Assembly: GCF_003704095.1 (NCBI RefSeq)
Contig: NW_020847484.1
Coordinates: forward strand, 310,001-374,000
Length of the DNA: 64,000 nt
Direction: 5' to 3'
From: Pocillopora damicornis
Lineage: Eukaryota
A program made the translations under genes and the position numbers. Position 1 is the first letter of the stretch; each line of letters begins with the position of its first letter. Below, piece after piece: positions 22,701 through 33,381 of the stretch. Under the pieces are notes generated by a model that was not told the DNA's origin, did no database searches, and saw only the letters and a program-made list of their open reading frames with translations.

Positions 22701-25700
22701 TACACTAAGCTGTTAGAGTGGGGCTGAATTCTTGAAATTTTTCGGCTGGTTGTGTGTTATTAGTCTTGTGATTATTTACTCTGGATGAGACCATTCTTAG
22801 TTTTCAGCTCATAAGTTTTAGAACCATGACCTGTCATTCCAGTCTGTAATAATAGACCTGTATTTCCCAAATAAGGCCCTTTGTTACCTAGTGTTTATCC
22901 ATACAGTCTTAAATGCCAACCTAATATTTCCTTTACAGCTTTAGAGAGAAGTCTGGTGCCATGGATTGCTGACAGTGAAGTGAAGTTTTGCCCTCTTTGC
23001 AAGAGGCAGTTTAACGTGGCTCGACGTAGGCATCACTGTAGGCTGTGTGGGGGAATAATGTGTGCAAAGTGCTCAGTGTTTGTGTCTGTTTCTTTTTCTG
23101 GTAAGAAACTATGCTTAAAGTATACTAACTTAAGTTGTTCTGTCAGACATGATTGATTTATAGCATGAAGGAAAACACACAATTGTCTTAAGTAAATTCA
23201 TTTTTGCCAATCAGTGCTTTACAACCACAATCAGCAAAGGTGATGGAGCCTATACAGGGCATGAAATTAATTTTTCTTTCTGATAGCCACTGGGCTCCTA
23301 AATTTTTCAAAGTGGTAGCCAATTCAAAAAAAGTTGGTCGCCATTTTTATAGACAAAAAAAAAACTTTTTTTTTATGCTTTCAGAGTTCTAGATAGACCC
23401 TCCAAAATTAAGTTCTATAAAGTTCTACTAAGTGGACACTAGAATGGATGATATAAAACATTCAAGCTCACCTAAATCCAAGATGGTACCTAGTTTTCGA
23501 TGGAGATGCATGTGCTGTGTTTTGGAAACAAACTTAACAAGGAAGTTTGCTGCAGATTTATCTTAATTTGCAAATCTTTTAAATTCATGATATCTCTAGG
23601 TATGGTTATGATGAAGCATTCTAGTTGGCGATTTGACCTTTAACCTTTTGGCTTTCTTTTATATTTCTTTTTTTCAGTGCTGAATCACCTCTTTTTTTTC
23701 ATATTACAGTGAAATCATAAGTTTTTACCTTCTATATAACATTTAAACAGTGTTAATAATTGTTGAAAATTCAGTTTTTCTTCAATGGGTTTTTGTGCTG
23801 ATTTAGCAAAGCTAAGGGCAACATTGAGATTCAAGCTTATAGTTTTGGGGATGGGTTGGTAAGGGAGATCTCAATCCTAAGGGAGGCCCCCCCTCCTGTC
23901 CCACTCATGTTAAAGCATTCTGGTATATTAAATGGCTAAGTTAAATTTTCAGTTTATATATGAGTAAAATAATAAGATTGTAAAAATTGCTTTATTGTAT
24001 AGAAGTGTTAATTTCCACAATTATTAAACTATTTATTTACAAATGCTTAATGATGGTCTTTTTTTAGAGGCTTGTTTGTGAATGTCTCCCAGCTCTATCT
24101 GTTTTGTTTAACCCTTTAACTCCTACTTGACTACTTTTCAGGATTTGGTTGCTAAAGTGAAAAATTTAGTTGCACTGGCACCCGTATTAGGTGCAATTTC
24201 ACGTCCTGCTATAGGACAGAATCCATTTTTTGTTTTCTGTTATCTAATTGGCAGATTGTGTGTCTGTTCATACATATAGGTGCACAATATTTGTGTACAA
24301 GACTCATATGGTAAATGTACCATCAAAACGTTAAGACACCACCCAAGTTTGGCCATACAAATATGCAATGACTCATTCAACTCACTCTTGCAATAACTCA
24401 CTTAACATCAGTGTATGATTTTAGACTCTAGTGTCCAATTTTTAGATGCTATTGTCTGAATTAAGACACTAGTGTCCAAATTTAGACACTAATGCCTGGT
24501 GTTAGACACTTGTGTCTGATTCTAGACACTAATGCCTGACATTAGATGCCAATGCATCTGATTTTAGACATTAGTGTCCAATTTTAGATACTAGCATCTG
24601 ATTTTAAACACTAATACCTGATTTAAGACACTGTAGAGTCTGATCTCAGACATTAGTGTCCAATTTCAAACACTTTATCTAATTGTAGACACTAGTGGCT
24701 GGCCATCCCAGGAGTTGAGTGAACAAAGCCTTTTGTTTGACTTGAAAATTTGCCATTGCTGTTATTATGAGCCCTGTGCATGCAGTCTGTGTAACAATGC
24801 ATTGGTTTTATTTCAATTAGTTACCTTTTTGCTTTTTTTCTATTTTTTTTTTTTAATATTCTACATCACATTAATGTCGAATTAACCAAACATGTTACTT
24901 TTAAAGAACTTTTTGCTTCAGGACTATGTTACATATGTTAATATTATCATTTATTATAGTTTCTGTGTTAAAACTGGACCAGACAGGCTCAAGCCTTCCC
25001 AGGAGATTAAAGGGGCACTCCAAAGATGATTCTGATGAAGCTGGTATTCGTGCATGTCAAGCCTGTATGGATTGTTTGGAGAGGTAAGTTACAGTTGTAC
25101 TTTACCATTTTCCATGCTTAAAAAGTGCAAAAAAAAGTCAATGGCTAGTTCATGATACTCAGCAGCAAACCATTCTCTTATACATTCCTCCAAGACTATC
25201 TTTTTGCAACTTTTTCACATATTGGCGTTTACTTTTTTTGTCATTGCTTCTATACTCATGTGAAAATTCAAACCAGCTTTAACTTGTCAAGAAAACTAAT
25301 CTGTGGGAGGCACTTCCTTCCTATTGATCTGATGCAGAATCTCAAAAAGTTAATTCATTTATCATACAGTGAAGCAGAGCCAAAATTTGTGGTACTTAAG
25401 GTTCAAACAGATGCAGTCTTTAAATTGGTGACTACAACTTTTCTCCTGGCAACCATTTTCCACCACTTTGGCATTTAAAGGTGATTAACAATTTTTTTTT
25501 TATAATATTTATTTCAGGCCTTAAAATGTAAATTTTGTTTGTTTTTTCTCTCAGATATGATCGACAAGAAAAGGAAAAGAAAACAAAGCCCCCTGTTGTT
25601 CAATTATATGAGGTAATAATAAGCATTGCTAGAGGTTGAGTTATTCATATAAATTTTAATTGATGAATTAAATCATATGAAAAAATATCATTTCTCTTAC

Positions 25701-28247
25701 AGTGTATGTAAAGGCTAATTTGCAAAGATAATCTTCAATCTTTTTACTTTTTGCATATTTCTTATATATTTTGAGACTAATGTTTTTTTAATGATTGTGA
25801 ATGTAAGTTTAATTATACAGGGAGGAGTAAAAATTAATTTTATTTTTTGCTCTTACTTCCTTCAACCCTCTTGATCCATCTCTGTATTGCTGGTCTTTCA
25901 TATTCCCCCATTTGATTTTCATCAATTTTTTCATTAACTATAATTGTTAATTTTGCCTCCACTATACAACCAAATACACAAAGTAACACTTGGAGGCATG
26001 GGCGTGTTGGTCAGCCAGGCCCATGATACACTTTATTAACTCATGTGAAAAAACTCCACTTTACAGTAATTCTAAGAACATGCCACAGCCAGACACGTAA
26101 ACCTGAAAAAACCAACTGTTGGAAAAATAGAGACCGTGTAACCCCATTACCCATAAAATGAAGCCTAATAACTTAAATATTAGTGGAAAACAAGATGTTA
26201 CATAAAATAGCTTCGAATGATAGGGACCACTAAGGATAGTAATGTGATTAAGGCTAACAGAGTAAGTGAAAACTAAACTAAACAAAGCAAGATGACGCGG
26301 CAAGGCCGACTGTAGAATGACACACATAACTAACCGGTCAATATTTCAAACCCCCTAACCAAGGTCCCATGCGTACTACACTAGAACCTAGTTCACCTCT
26401 CCGTGCCGGCAAAATAATAATATATGTCAATTCTAATTTACACTATTACCATTTATCATTATTGTTGTTTAGTTATTATTATTTTTTTTTTTGGTTTAAC
26501 GAATTTTAAACACAGTGTCCACTGAACCACTCTCTTATTGAAATGTTATAACCATGACCACGACTTCTTCTCTTACAGAAAATGAAGAGCTCTATGGCAG
26601 AGGCAGAATTATTACAACCCACGTACACCAAAATGGCTGATTCAATTAAGTGAGTATCATTAAAACTTGCCTAGACTTTTTTAATAGTTCTTAACCTTGA
26701 AGTTCATTTTAAAATTATAATGATGATAATAATGATGATAATAATAACATAATAATGACATTAACAATAGTGTTTTTTTTTTTTTTGTTTCATTACATTA
26801 TTTGCAATCAAAAATAAACTACAATCAAAGGATCAAAAAAAAAATCCAAGCAAAGATTATGCAATACAATTTAAAGAAGGCCTGAAGTAGGGCTAACAGA
26901 TATGAAATTACTGTAAAATTAACTTATCACTTTGTTATAATTAGACTTTGGGCAGTCCCTCCTTTTTGACAAAGGTTGTTGCACAATTAATAAATAAGTC
27001 AGAGAAACAAAAACAAACACTAGCATATTGGGTGAAACTCTGAGAGTGAGTTGCTCAAAAACTAGGTGTGCTAACTTCAATTTCTTTTTTTCACTGATAT
27101 TTTTTGAACCTACAGAGTGGACTTTGCTGAAGGGAAGGACTGTTCAATCCCTAGTCTTGTTTAGAATCTTCATCTTTGTTTGTACCTACAGTTTAGGTGA
27201 TATTCAGTATGATTTACAAGAAGCTGCTGAAGTGCGTGCTAGATTAGTGAGGATGTATGAATCAGTGGACATCATTAGGTGAGTTGATACTGAAGAAATT
27301 TTGATAACCTAAGTCAGTGACAACTGTATTATGGTTAAGAGAGTATGAGTTCCTGGAATACCTTAGGTAGGAAGCTGGCTTTCTGTGACTGGAGACTATA
27401 AATCCAGTCCTAAACCACTCCAGGCTCAATATCTGAGCAACTGCTCACCTACCCCTCCCTTAATCCAACAATATTCACCTGATAACAAGGTTGGGTTAAT
27501 GCTGGGCCAATGTTGGGTCAGGGGAAAGGGTTGGCACACAGTTTCTCAAATACTGATATTGGTCCAATATGTTTTTGAAGGAGGGGGTGGAAAATAATAG
27601 TTTGACTATACACAAATTCTAAGTGCATAGTACTTATTTGGGGGAGTCCTCTGAGTGTGTTCTAATAATAAATATGTTGCCACTATGATTTCATAAGTTT
27701 ATTCCTTTCACTTATTTGCAGTAAAAAGATTGCTGCTCTTGGAACTCAGGCTGAGAAACCACCAAGTCATCAGACAATGAAACTCCAAAAAGGGATAAGA
27801 ACTTTTGCTACAGGATACTTACAGGAAAACATGTTCACACTTCCTAATCTGCCTTCAGTGGACAAAATTAGTAAACTTCAAGAAGAAAGGGCAAATGCTT
27901 TGGCTAGAAAAGCAGCAGAAGAGAAAGAAAAAAGAGAACGAGCCATGCAAGAAAGATTACGAGCAGCAAAAGTACGACAACAAGGACATGGAGACCTCAA
28001 TAGAAATGAGCCTTCAAGCAAACTTAAGACTGCCCAGCAAACTCCAGAGTCTGTTATGGGAAATGGTTGGGGCCCAGTCCCCATTACTCAAGGCTCTTCC
28101 CCAGACCCCATGCTGCAGCAGATAGATATTATTAAAAGTTATATTGTTCAAGCAAAACAACAGCGGAAATTTGATGAAGTTGAAATGCTTGAAAGAAACC
28201 TGATGGAACTAGAGGAGGAGTACATTCGGCAGCATCAAGGAAGATAG
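19739..28247 (+). CDS. RBSN: Rabenosyn-5. Exons 19739-20018, 21253-21353, 22210-22273, 22939-23100, 24960-25083, 25555-25612, 26579-26649, 27192-27278, 27722-28247
   Basis: N-terminal C2H2 finger EGFICPICMKDL...HFEESH; VETNKILIRLEKL; FYVE domain (WIAD..V..C..C...F...RRHHCRLCG..C..C ... RAC..C); Rbsn Rab-binding motif DPMLQQIDIIKSYIVQAKQQRKFDEVEMLERNL. Confidence 0.95.
20850..21048. repeat. ~200-bp palindrome of a Penelope-pLTR-like repeat with hammerhead-like core
   Basis: TAGCAGGTAATTTAGTGT...ACACTAAATTACCTGCTA arms enclose two opposed degenerate CTGACGAAGGGCTAACGCTCGAAACGTCAG motifs; relatives at 32445-32617, 45610-45760, 51705-51850 and 18460-18525. Confidence 0.65.
21433..21629. mobile_element. 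piggyBac-like MITE copy
   Basis: TTAACCTTTTAACTCC...GAGAGTTAAAGGGTTAA. Confidence 0.7.
21773..21984. mobile_element. piggyBac-like MITE, second subfamily
   Basis: TTAACCCTTAAACTCCCAAGATCTGATT...; related copies at 32692-32892 (inverted) and ~45245-45410. Confidence 0.65.
22401..22611. mobile_element. Non-autonomous piggyBac-like MITE (TTAA-CCC...GGG-TTAA), representative copy
   Basis: Begins TTAACCCTTTAA and ends GGGAGTTAAATGGTTAA; 211 bp; near-identical to the inverted copies at 35720-35930 and 11335-11554. Confidence 0.75.
23255..24208. mobile_element. Non-autonomous hAT-like DNA transposon (954 bp) with 5-bp TSD
   Basis: TIRs CAGGGCATGAAATT / AATTTCACGTCCTG (12/14 match); direct repeat CTATA at 23250-23254 and 24209-24213. 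Confidence 0.65.
24418..24697. repeat. ~21-bp minisatellite (TTAGACACTAGTGTCYRA)
   Basis: About a dozen degenerate tandem units with palindromic core GACACTAGTGTC. Confidence 0.8.
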
Positions 28248-29097
28248 CAAATTATTAGCTTCCTTTGGAAATATTTTAAAAGGGGATAATTTTGTATATG
28301 GGTAACAAATATTTTCAAAGAAGTTAATAACTGAATTTAATGCATCTTTCATTTCCGTTTAGTTTTTAATTGTTGTTGTTTTTGTATTTTTATAGAAAAG
28401 TAATCTTGTCAAATTAGTTAAAATTGTTGAAGATAACCAGAGTTTTTTTTTTGCAGCTGTGTACTAAAAAGCTGTGATAATATTTTCAAATTAGCATAAA
28501 ATCATGTGAATACCCTGAATATAATGATATCCAAGAGCACATGTTGTGTTTTGGTGCAATTAAAATGGTGTGAAAAACACAAATAGCCTCACTGTGTTGG
28601 CATCAAATATTGCCATATTTGTGACAGTGTTAGACGATACTCCATAATTAAATGGATAGGAGTAGTCTGTATAGATGCCTTGTAAAAACCTACCAACGCA
28701 AAACAATTAAAAAGAAGATACTTTTTTTTGGAAATTGAAGAACAAAGTGTCATTACTTAATTTTGAAAATGTTTGATCACTCCATAGGCTTTTGCAGATG
28801 TTGTGCTTCAAAATTTTGTTGTTTCATAAAATCTTTCAAACCAGTTAGATTTGATTTCCCTTTGTTCCAGAAATATATTTCCTTAATATAAGAAGAACTA
28901 AAAAAGGAACAAACTGGTGTGAAAAATATGAAACCACTCAAAAATTTGAACCATGTCATACACTCAGAAGTCATAGAAGTACCTGTAGTTATTCACAAGT
29001 CATCTATTTATGTGGACGCAGGAAATTCACAACATTTTCACATGGTTATTTTATTACAAATATCTGTTCCCATTCATCATAAGTGATCAATAATATG

Positions 29098-30354
29098 TTA
29101 TCCTGCAGAAGCATCTTCTTTGAGTTGCCAGAATTTTGGCTTCTTTGCCTCAGGATGTGGAACAATAGCTGTGCATGGCCTTTGTCCTGGCTTCTGACAG
29201 ATACAGTAACAATGCCCAAACCGGCCAAAGTTTGCAGGGTTCAATCGGCCTGGATATTTTTCTTTTACACTGTCTTTTTGCTCCCTACGTTATAACAAAA
29301 ATAATCAAATGCCTTAAATTCACATGCTTTGTTTCGAGCTGAAATCTCCTTAGGTTCAAATAAGAAATGTCCATTTTTTAAGATAAATGAAATGAATGTT
29401 AGTATCATTACTTACATTTCTGTAGCTCCAGCCACTTTACCAAACATCTCCAAAATCTCAGGCCCAGTTTTACTTTCCACATCCATTGCCACCTTTTTTC
29501 CATTACCTGAAGAAAATAAGCAATACATACATATATTAGAGTAAAAAGCTACACTACTGATCCCCTTCCCCCACCCTCTTGAATTTAGCAGGCAAAGAAC
29601 TTGACAGCCCCACACCCCTCCTCAGGTTTTTAAGGTAAAAGGACAGTTCATCTGAGACACATGTTTACCCCGTCCACCTCAATGTTACAAATTTTAATGG
29701 GTAAACATTGGCAAGCCAGCCTTAATATCACTTTTGAGCAAAATCCTATACCCTGTAGGCTTGAAATTGGGCTCCCGGAATGTATACATATATCATATAT
29801 GCTTTGACCTCTATGAGTAGTAATTCTGTCACTATTAGCCTTTGAACCCCCTGAAGTGATGAACGTATAACTTCTCCCTAGCTATCATGTCCATACATCA
29901 TCCAGCAAACATTTAATGATAACATTCAACCCTTTAAGGCAGAAGTTGTTCTCTTGACCTCACAACAAATTCTCCCACATAATTTACAAGGAAATGAATA
30001 GCAGCTAGAGGAAAAAATAAAAAAATCAGACCTTAGGAGTAACAGGGTTACAGTAAATTCCTGTCGCAGTTGTTTATGTAACTGTGATAAAATAATGTCA
30101 TACAGTTTTCGATACCTACCAAAAAATACATGCACCACTGGATAGGTCAATCTGTTTCTCGTCGTCGTAATCTGGACAGTACGATTCTTGTACTGAATTT
30201 GAGGAACATCTTTGTAAATGAAATTTCTGAGGCCAAGACTTTCTTGTTTGGTAGTGTAATTTAACAGCACGTTCTTCACATCCGATTTTAATATTAACTT
30301 TCCAGAGTTGAGGAATTCGAAGGTGCGGCGAAATGGAAACTTTCCGGTCGGCAT
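29098..30354 (-). CDS. MRPS25: Mitochondrial ribosomal protein mS25, canonical copy A (exons 30354-30120, 29506-29416, 29284-29098)
   Basis: MPTGKFPFRRTFEFL..G...PQIQYKN..VQI...MDVESK...NPANFG....CICQKPGQRPC follows mS25 end to end, including the C-terminal Cys motif. Confidence 0.92.
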
Positions 30355-30546
30355 ATTGGACGCTTAAATTCTCCCAAAGTTCGATCTCTACAAGTCAAAT
30401 TATTCACGCCATATTGTTCCTACAACTCTTCCACCATCTTGGAACACTCAATGCTTCAGCGGTCACTCAGCTGAAAATATGTTTTACATGAAGTTAAATT
30501 CAAAGAGAAGTGCATGCTGCTGAATATTATAGAGGAGAAATCCAAC
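30355..30546. promoter_or_regulatory. Bidirectional promoter between the two MRPS25-family genes
   Basis: 192 bp between divergent ATGs; AANATGGC-type motifs on both strands. Confidence 0.65.
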
Positions 30547-33083
30547 ATGGCCGCTAAGAGCCCTGAACTCTACCGCGAAGCGTTGAAATACATGAACATT
30601 CACAGCGGTAAGATTGGCAGATATGCTGTACAGAGAACAATCGAACATTTGAAAAGGTGTAATGTTGTCTTAGATCAAGATGTCAAAGAGATGAGGATTA
30701 ACATTCCAAAACCTGAGCAAAGAGGCGCAGAGTGAGTACAATTTTATCTACCTATATACTAAAATTTCGAAGTGGCCGGCAGCCGGACAGGGTTTTGAAT
30801 ATATTCTGCGTCCAGCAGACAAAAATTTAGTCAGAATTTCCCTTGCAATTTTCTGTTAAACGTCTTGTTGTTTAGAAATGCTAGGCGGTTTCAAAACTCA
30901 CTTTGGTCATTTAGTAGAAGAAATTTCTGAGCTTGTGCATACGTAAAACATCTAGAAAACAATTCTGATCTAGTATTCCCTATGATCCAGTCTATTTAAG
31001 AACGTGCCCGGTAGTGAGAAATTTTCACCGAACTCCCACGTAATACCTCATCCAAACGTATTAAAAGTACTCGATGTTTGTTTATAGATGTAAGTGATTA
31101 AAAAAAAATGCGTCGACCTATAAACCAAAGTAAGTGGTATCCACCGCGAAGTTTCTGACAGCCGGACACGGAGTATTTTCAAAAACCTGTCTGACTGCCT
31201 GGACTCAGTTTCTTTAGAAACTTACCCCCTTTGTTCGTTTGCCCGGTATAAAGACGTATTGCCATGATTTCAAGAGATGTTTACATTTCATGAGGCTTAA
31301 TGTTACCTCAGTTTAATTAATTTTTCCCAAAGCTAGTCATACGAAGTTAAGATAATTATCCTTTTTATCTCTCTTGCAGACGGTTCTTTTATGAGAATGT
31401 TCCACAGCTGAAGTTTAAAAATCCATATGTTGAATTTTCAGGATCACAAAATCAATCTGAACAGGCAGAACTCCTTATAACATTTAGTAAGTAGTAACTG
31501 CTAGGCTATATTGGTGGTAAAATTAAACAGCAAGTATTGACATTCACCAGGGCATGTCTATGATTTTCCAAAAGGTTTCAATACTAGTGTGTCATTGGAA
31601 CTGTTACCCTTTCACTCCCAAGATCTTACATGGAATTCTCCTTATTGTCTGGCATACAATTCTTATGATGTTAGTTTGGGGAATGTGGTATTGGATCAAC
31701 TAATTATCCCCTAATTGATAGATTTCCTTATTCTCATCACTTGTCTGCTCAATATTGTAATGATGTGGTAAGGAGAAATTCTGTTGTGGTCACTCATAGG
31801 AGGTAGGGTTGAGGATTATCATCCTATTGTACAAGGGGGTTTGGTGAAGATGTTTCATGTTCATGCGCATTTTGAACCCAACCACATGAAAAGATGGGAG
31901 GAATCTGAAACCTCAGATTTTTCATGGGTCCCCTTTGAAAAAATGTACTCTGAAGGATCAAAATTTTGTTGGCTTCCTTGAAGATTAGTCCCAACACCTT
32001 TTTTTGAGAGATTCATCACCATTAACATCAGCAGAATTCTAGGGAAAAGGGGGAACATCCTTAGGCAAGGTTAATGACCTATAGATTATGCCTTTGAGTA
32101 TGGATCCTGTGCTCTTAGTAGTCAAAACAGTTTTGGAGATTTTTAATTTGGAGTGTTTGATTTTACTTTTGTTTTACTTTTCTTTAATTTCATAGTGGAT
32201 GAACGCCAAGAAAGAATTCTGCTTGCAGAGAAGGAGCCATCACAGATCATGCAAGAAGTTGTAAAACTTGCCGCAGCAACATCCAGCTCAGGGTACGTAA
32301 TATTATTCCCATGCAAAGAAGGTTTAATGAAACAAGACCTCACAGCAGCAGAGTAAATCTGGAAAATTTACAGTTGGGCCCTAAAGATGGGTGCTTTAAT
32401 TTGCTGTGATCAAATGACCTGGTATAAACTATGGTGAAAACTATGGTAATTCAGTATTTTCAACTGAGTTGATTGCGTAAATTGGCCAGTATCAAAGCTG
32501 ACGTTTTGAGCTTTAGTGCTTCGCTCTAACAAAGGGCTAAAACTCAAATTGTCAGCTTTAAAACTCTTTACAGTGGCCAATTTATATTATTAACTCAGTT
32601 AATGATATTAAATTACCTTGTTACACTCTCCCATCAGCGCAGCACCAGTTTCTTTATAAAATTACTTCCTCCATGGTGAAAACCACTTTTGTTAACCCTC
32701 TTACTTCCAGAATTAGATTAACATGTTACTTCCCATAAAATCCAACAAACAGGTAATGAAAAATTAATACTCAGACTTATCAGGTTAAAGTTATCTTGAT
32801 CCAACACTAAATTCTCACAACACATTTTCAAGGAAATGTGTAACAGCTTGAGGGTAGAATTAACAACCAGATCTTGGAAGTTAAAAGGTTAAGACACCTG
32901 GGTATATATAATGAATTATGACATTGTTAATTATCTTTCTCTTTTATTGTCACAGTGGTTCTTTCTTTCATTTTTCAAAAAAAAAAAAAAAAAAACTATC
33001 CCCCAGATGACCATGATTATGTAGATAAGGATCATCCTTACTAATATTGATTAGTTTTTCTCCACAGTGATGGAAATTCATGA
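30547..33083 (+). CDS. Divergent mS25 / L51-S25-CI-B8 family paralog, copy B (exons 30547-30731, 31380-31486, 32196-32292, probable 33068-33083; alternatively read-through to stop at 32356)
   Basis: GRYAVQRTIEHLKRCNVVLDQDVKEMRIN...GAERFFYENVPQLKFKNPYVEF...ITFMDERQERILLAEKEPSQIMQEVVKLA aligns with the mS25 core; clean GT-AG junctions; no PANFG/CxC tail in either possible ending. Confidence 0.8.
32692..32892. mobile_element. piggyBac-like MITE, second subfamily
   Basis: TTAACCCTCTTACTTCC...GGAAGTTAAAAGGTTAA. Confidence 0.65.
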
Positions 33084-33381
33084 CAAGTTGAAGGTACATG
33101 TGTACATGTGTCTCTTGGAACCCTACAGCATAAGCCAAAATTGTCATTCTAGACATCGGTTAAGAAATACAAAAACAGTTGTATGCACGTCAAATGACAA
33201 TGCAGTTAATGCAATCTCAATTTCATGGTCAACTTGTGGTACAATTCCTTTTCACAGCAGTCGTAACTGTTCATGTATAAATGCTCTATGAGGCCACAAA
33301 CTAAATAAATGCAATTTTAATAATATTTTCTTCTTTTCATCTCATGATTTTAAGCCAGCCAAACTTAAATCCTTGTATCTG

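Noticed and set aside
24418-24697. CRISPR-like palindromic repeats (also 63180-63320)
   Set aside because: No unique spacers, degenerate units, no cas genes, eukaryotic context.
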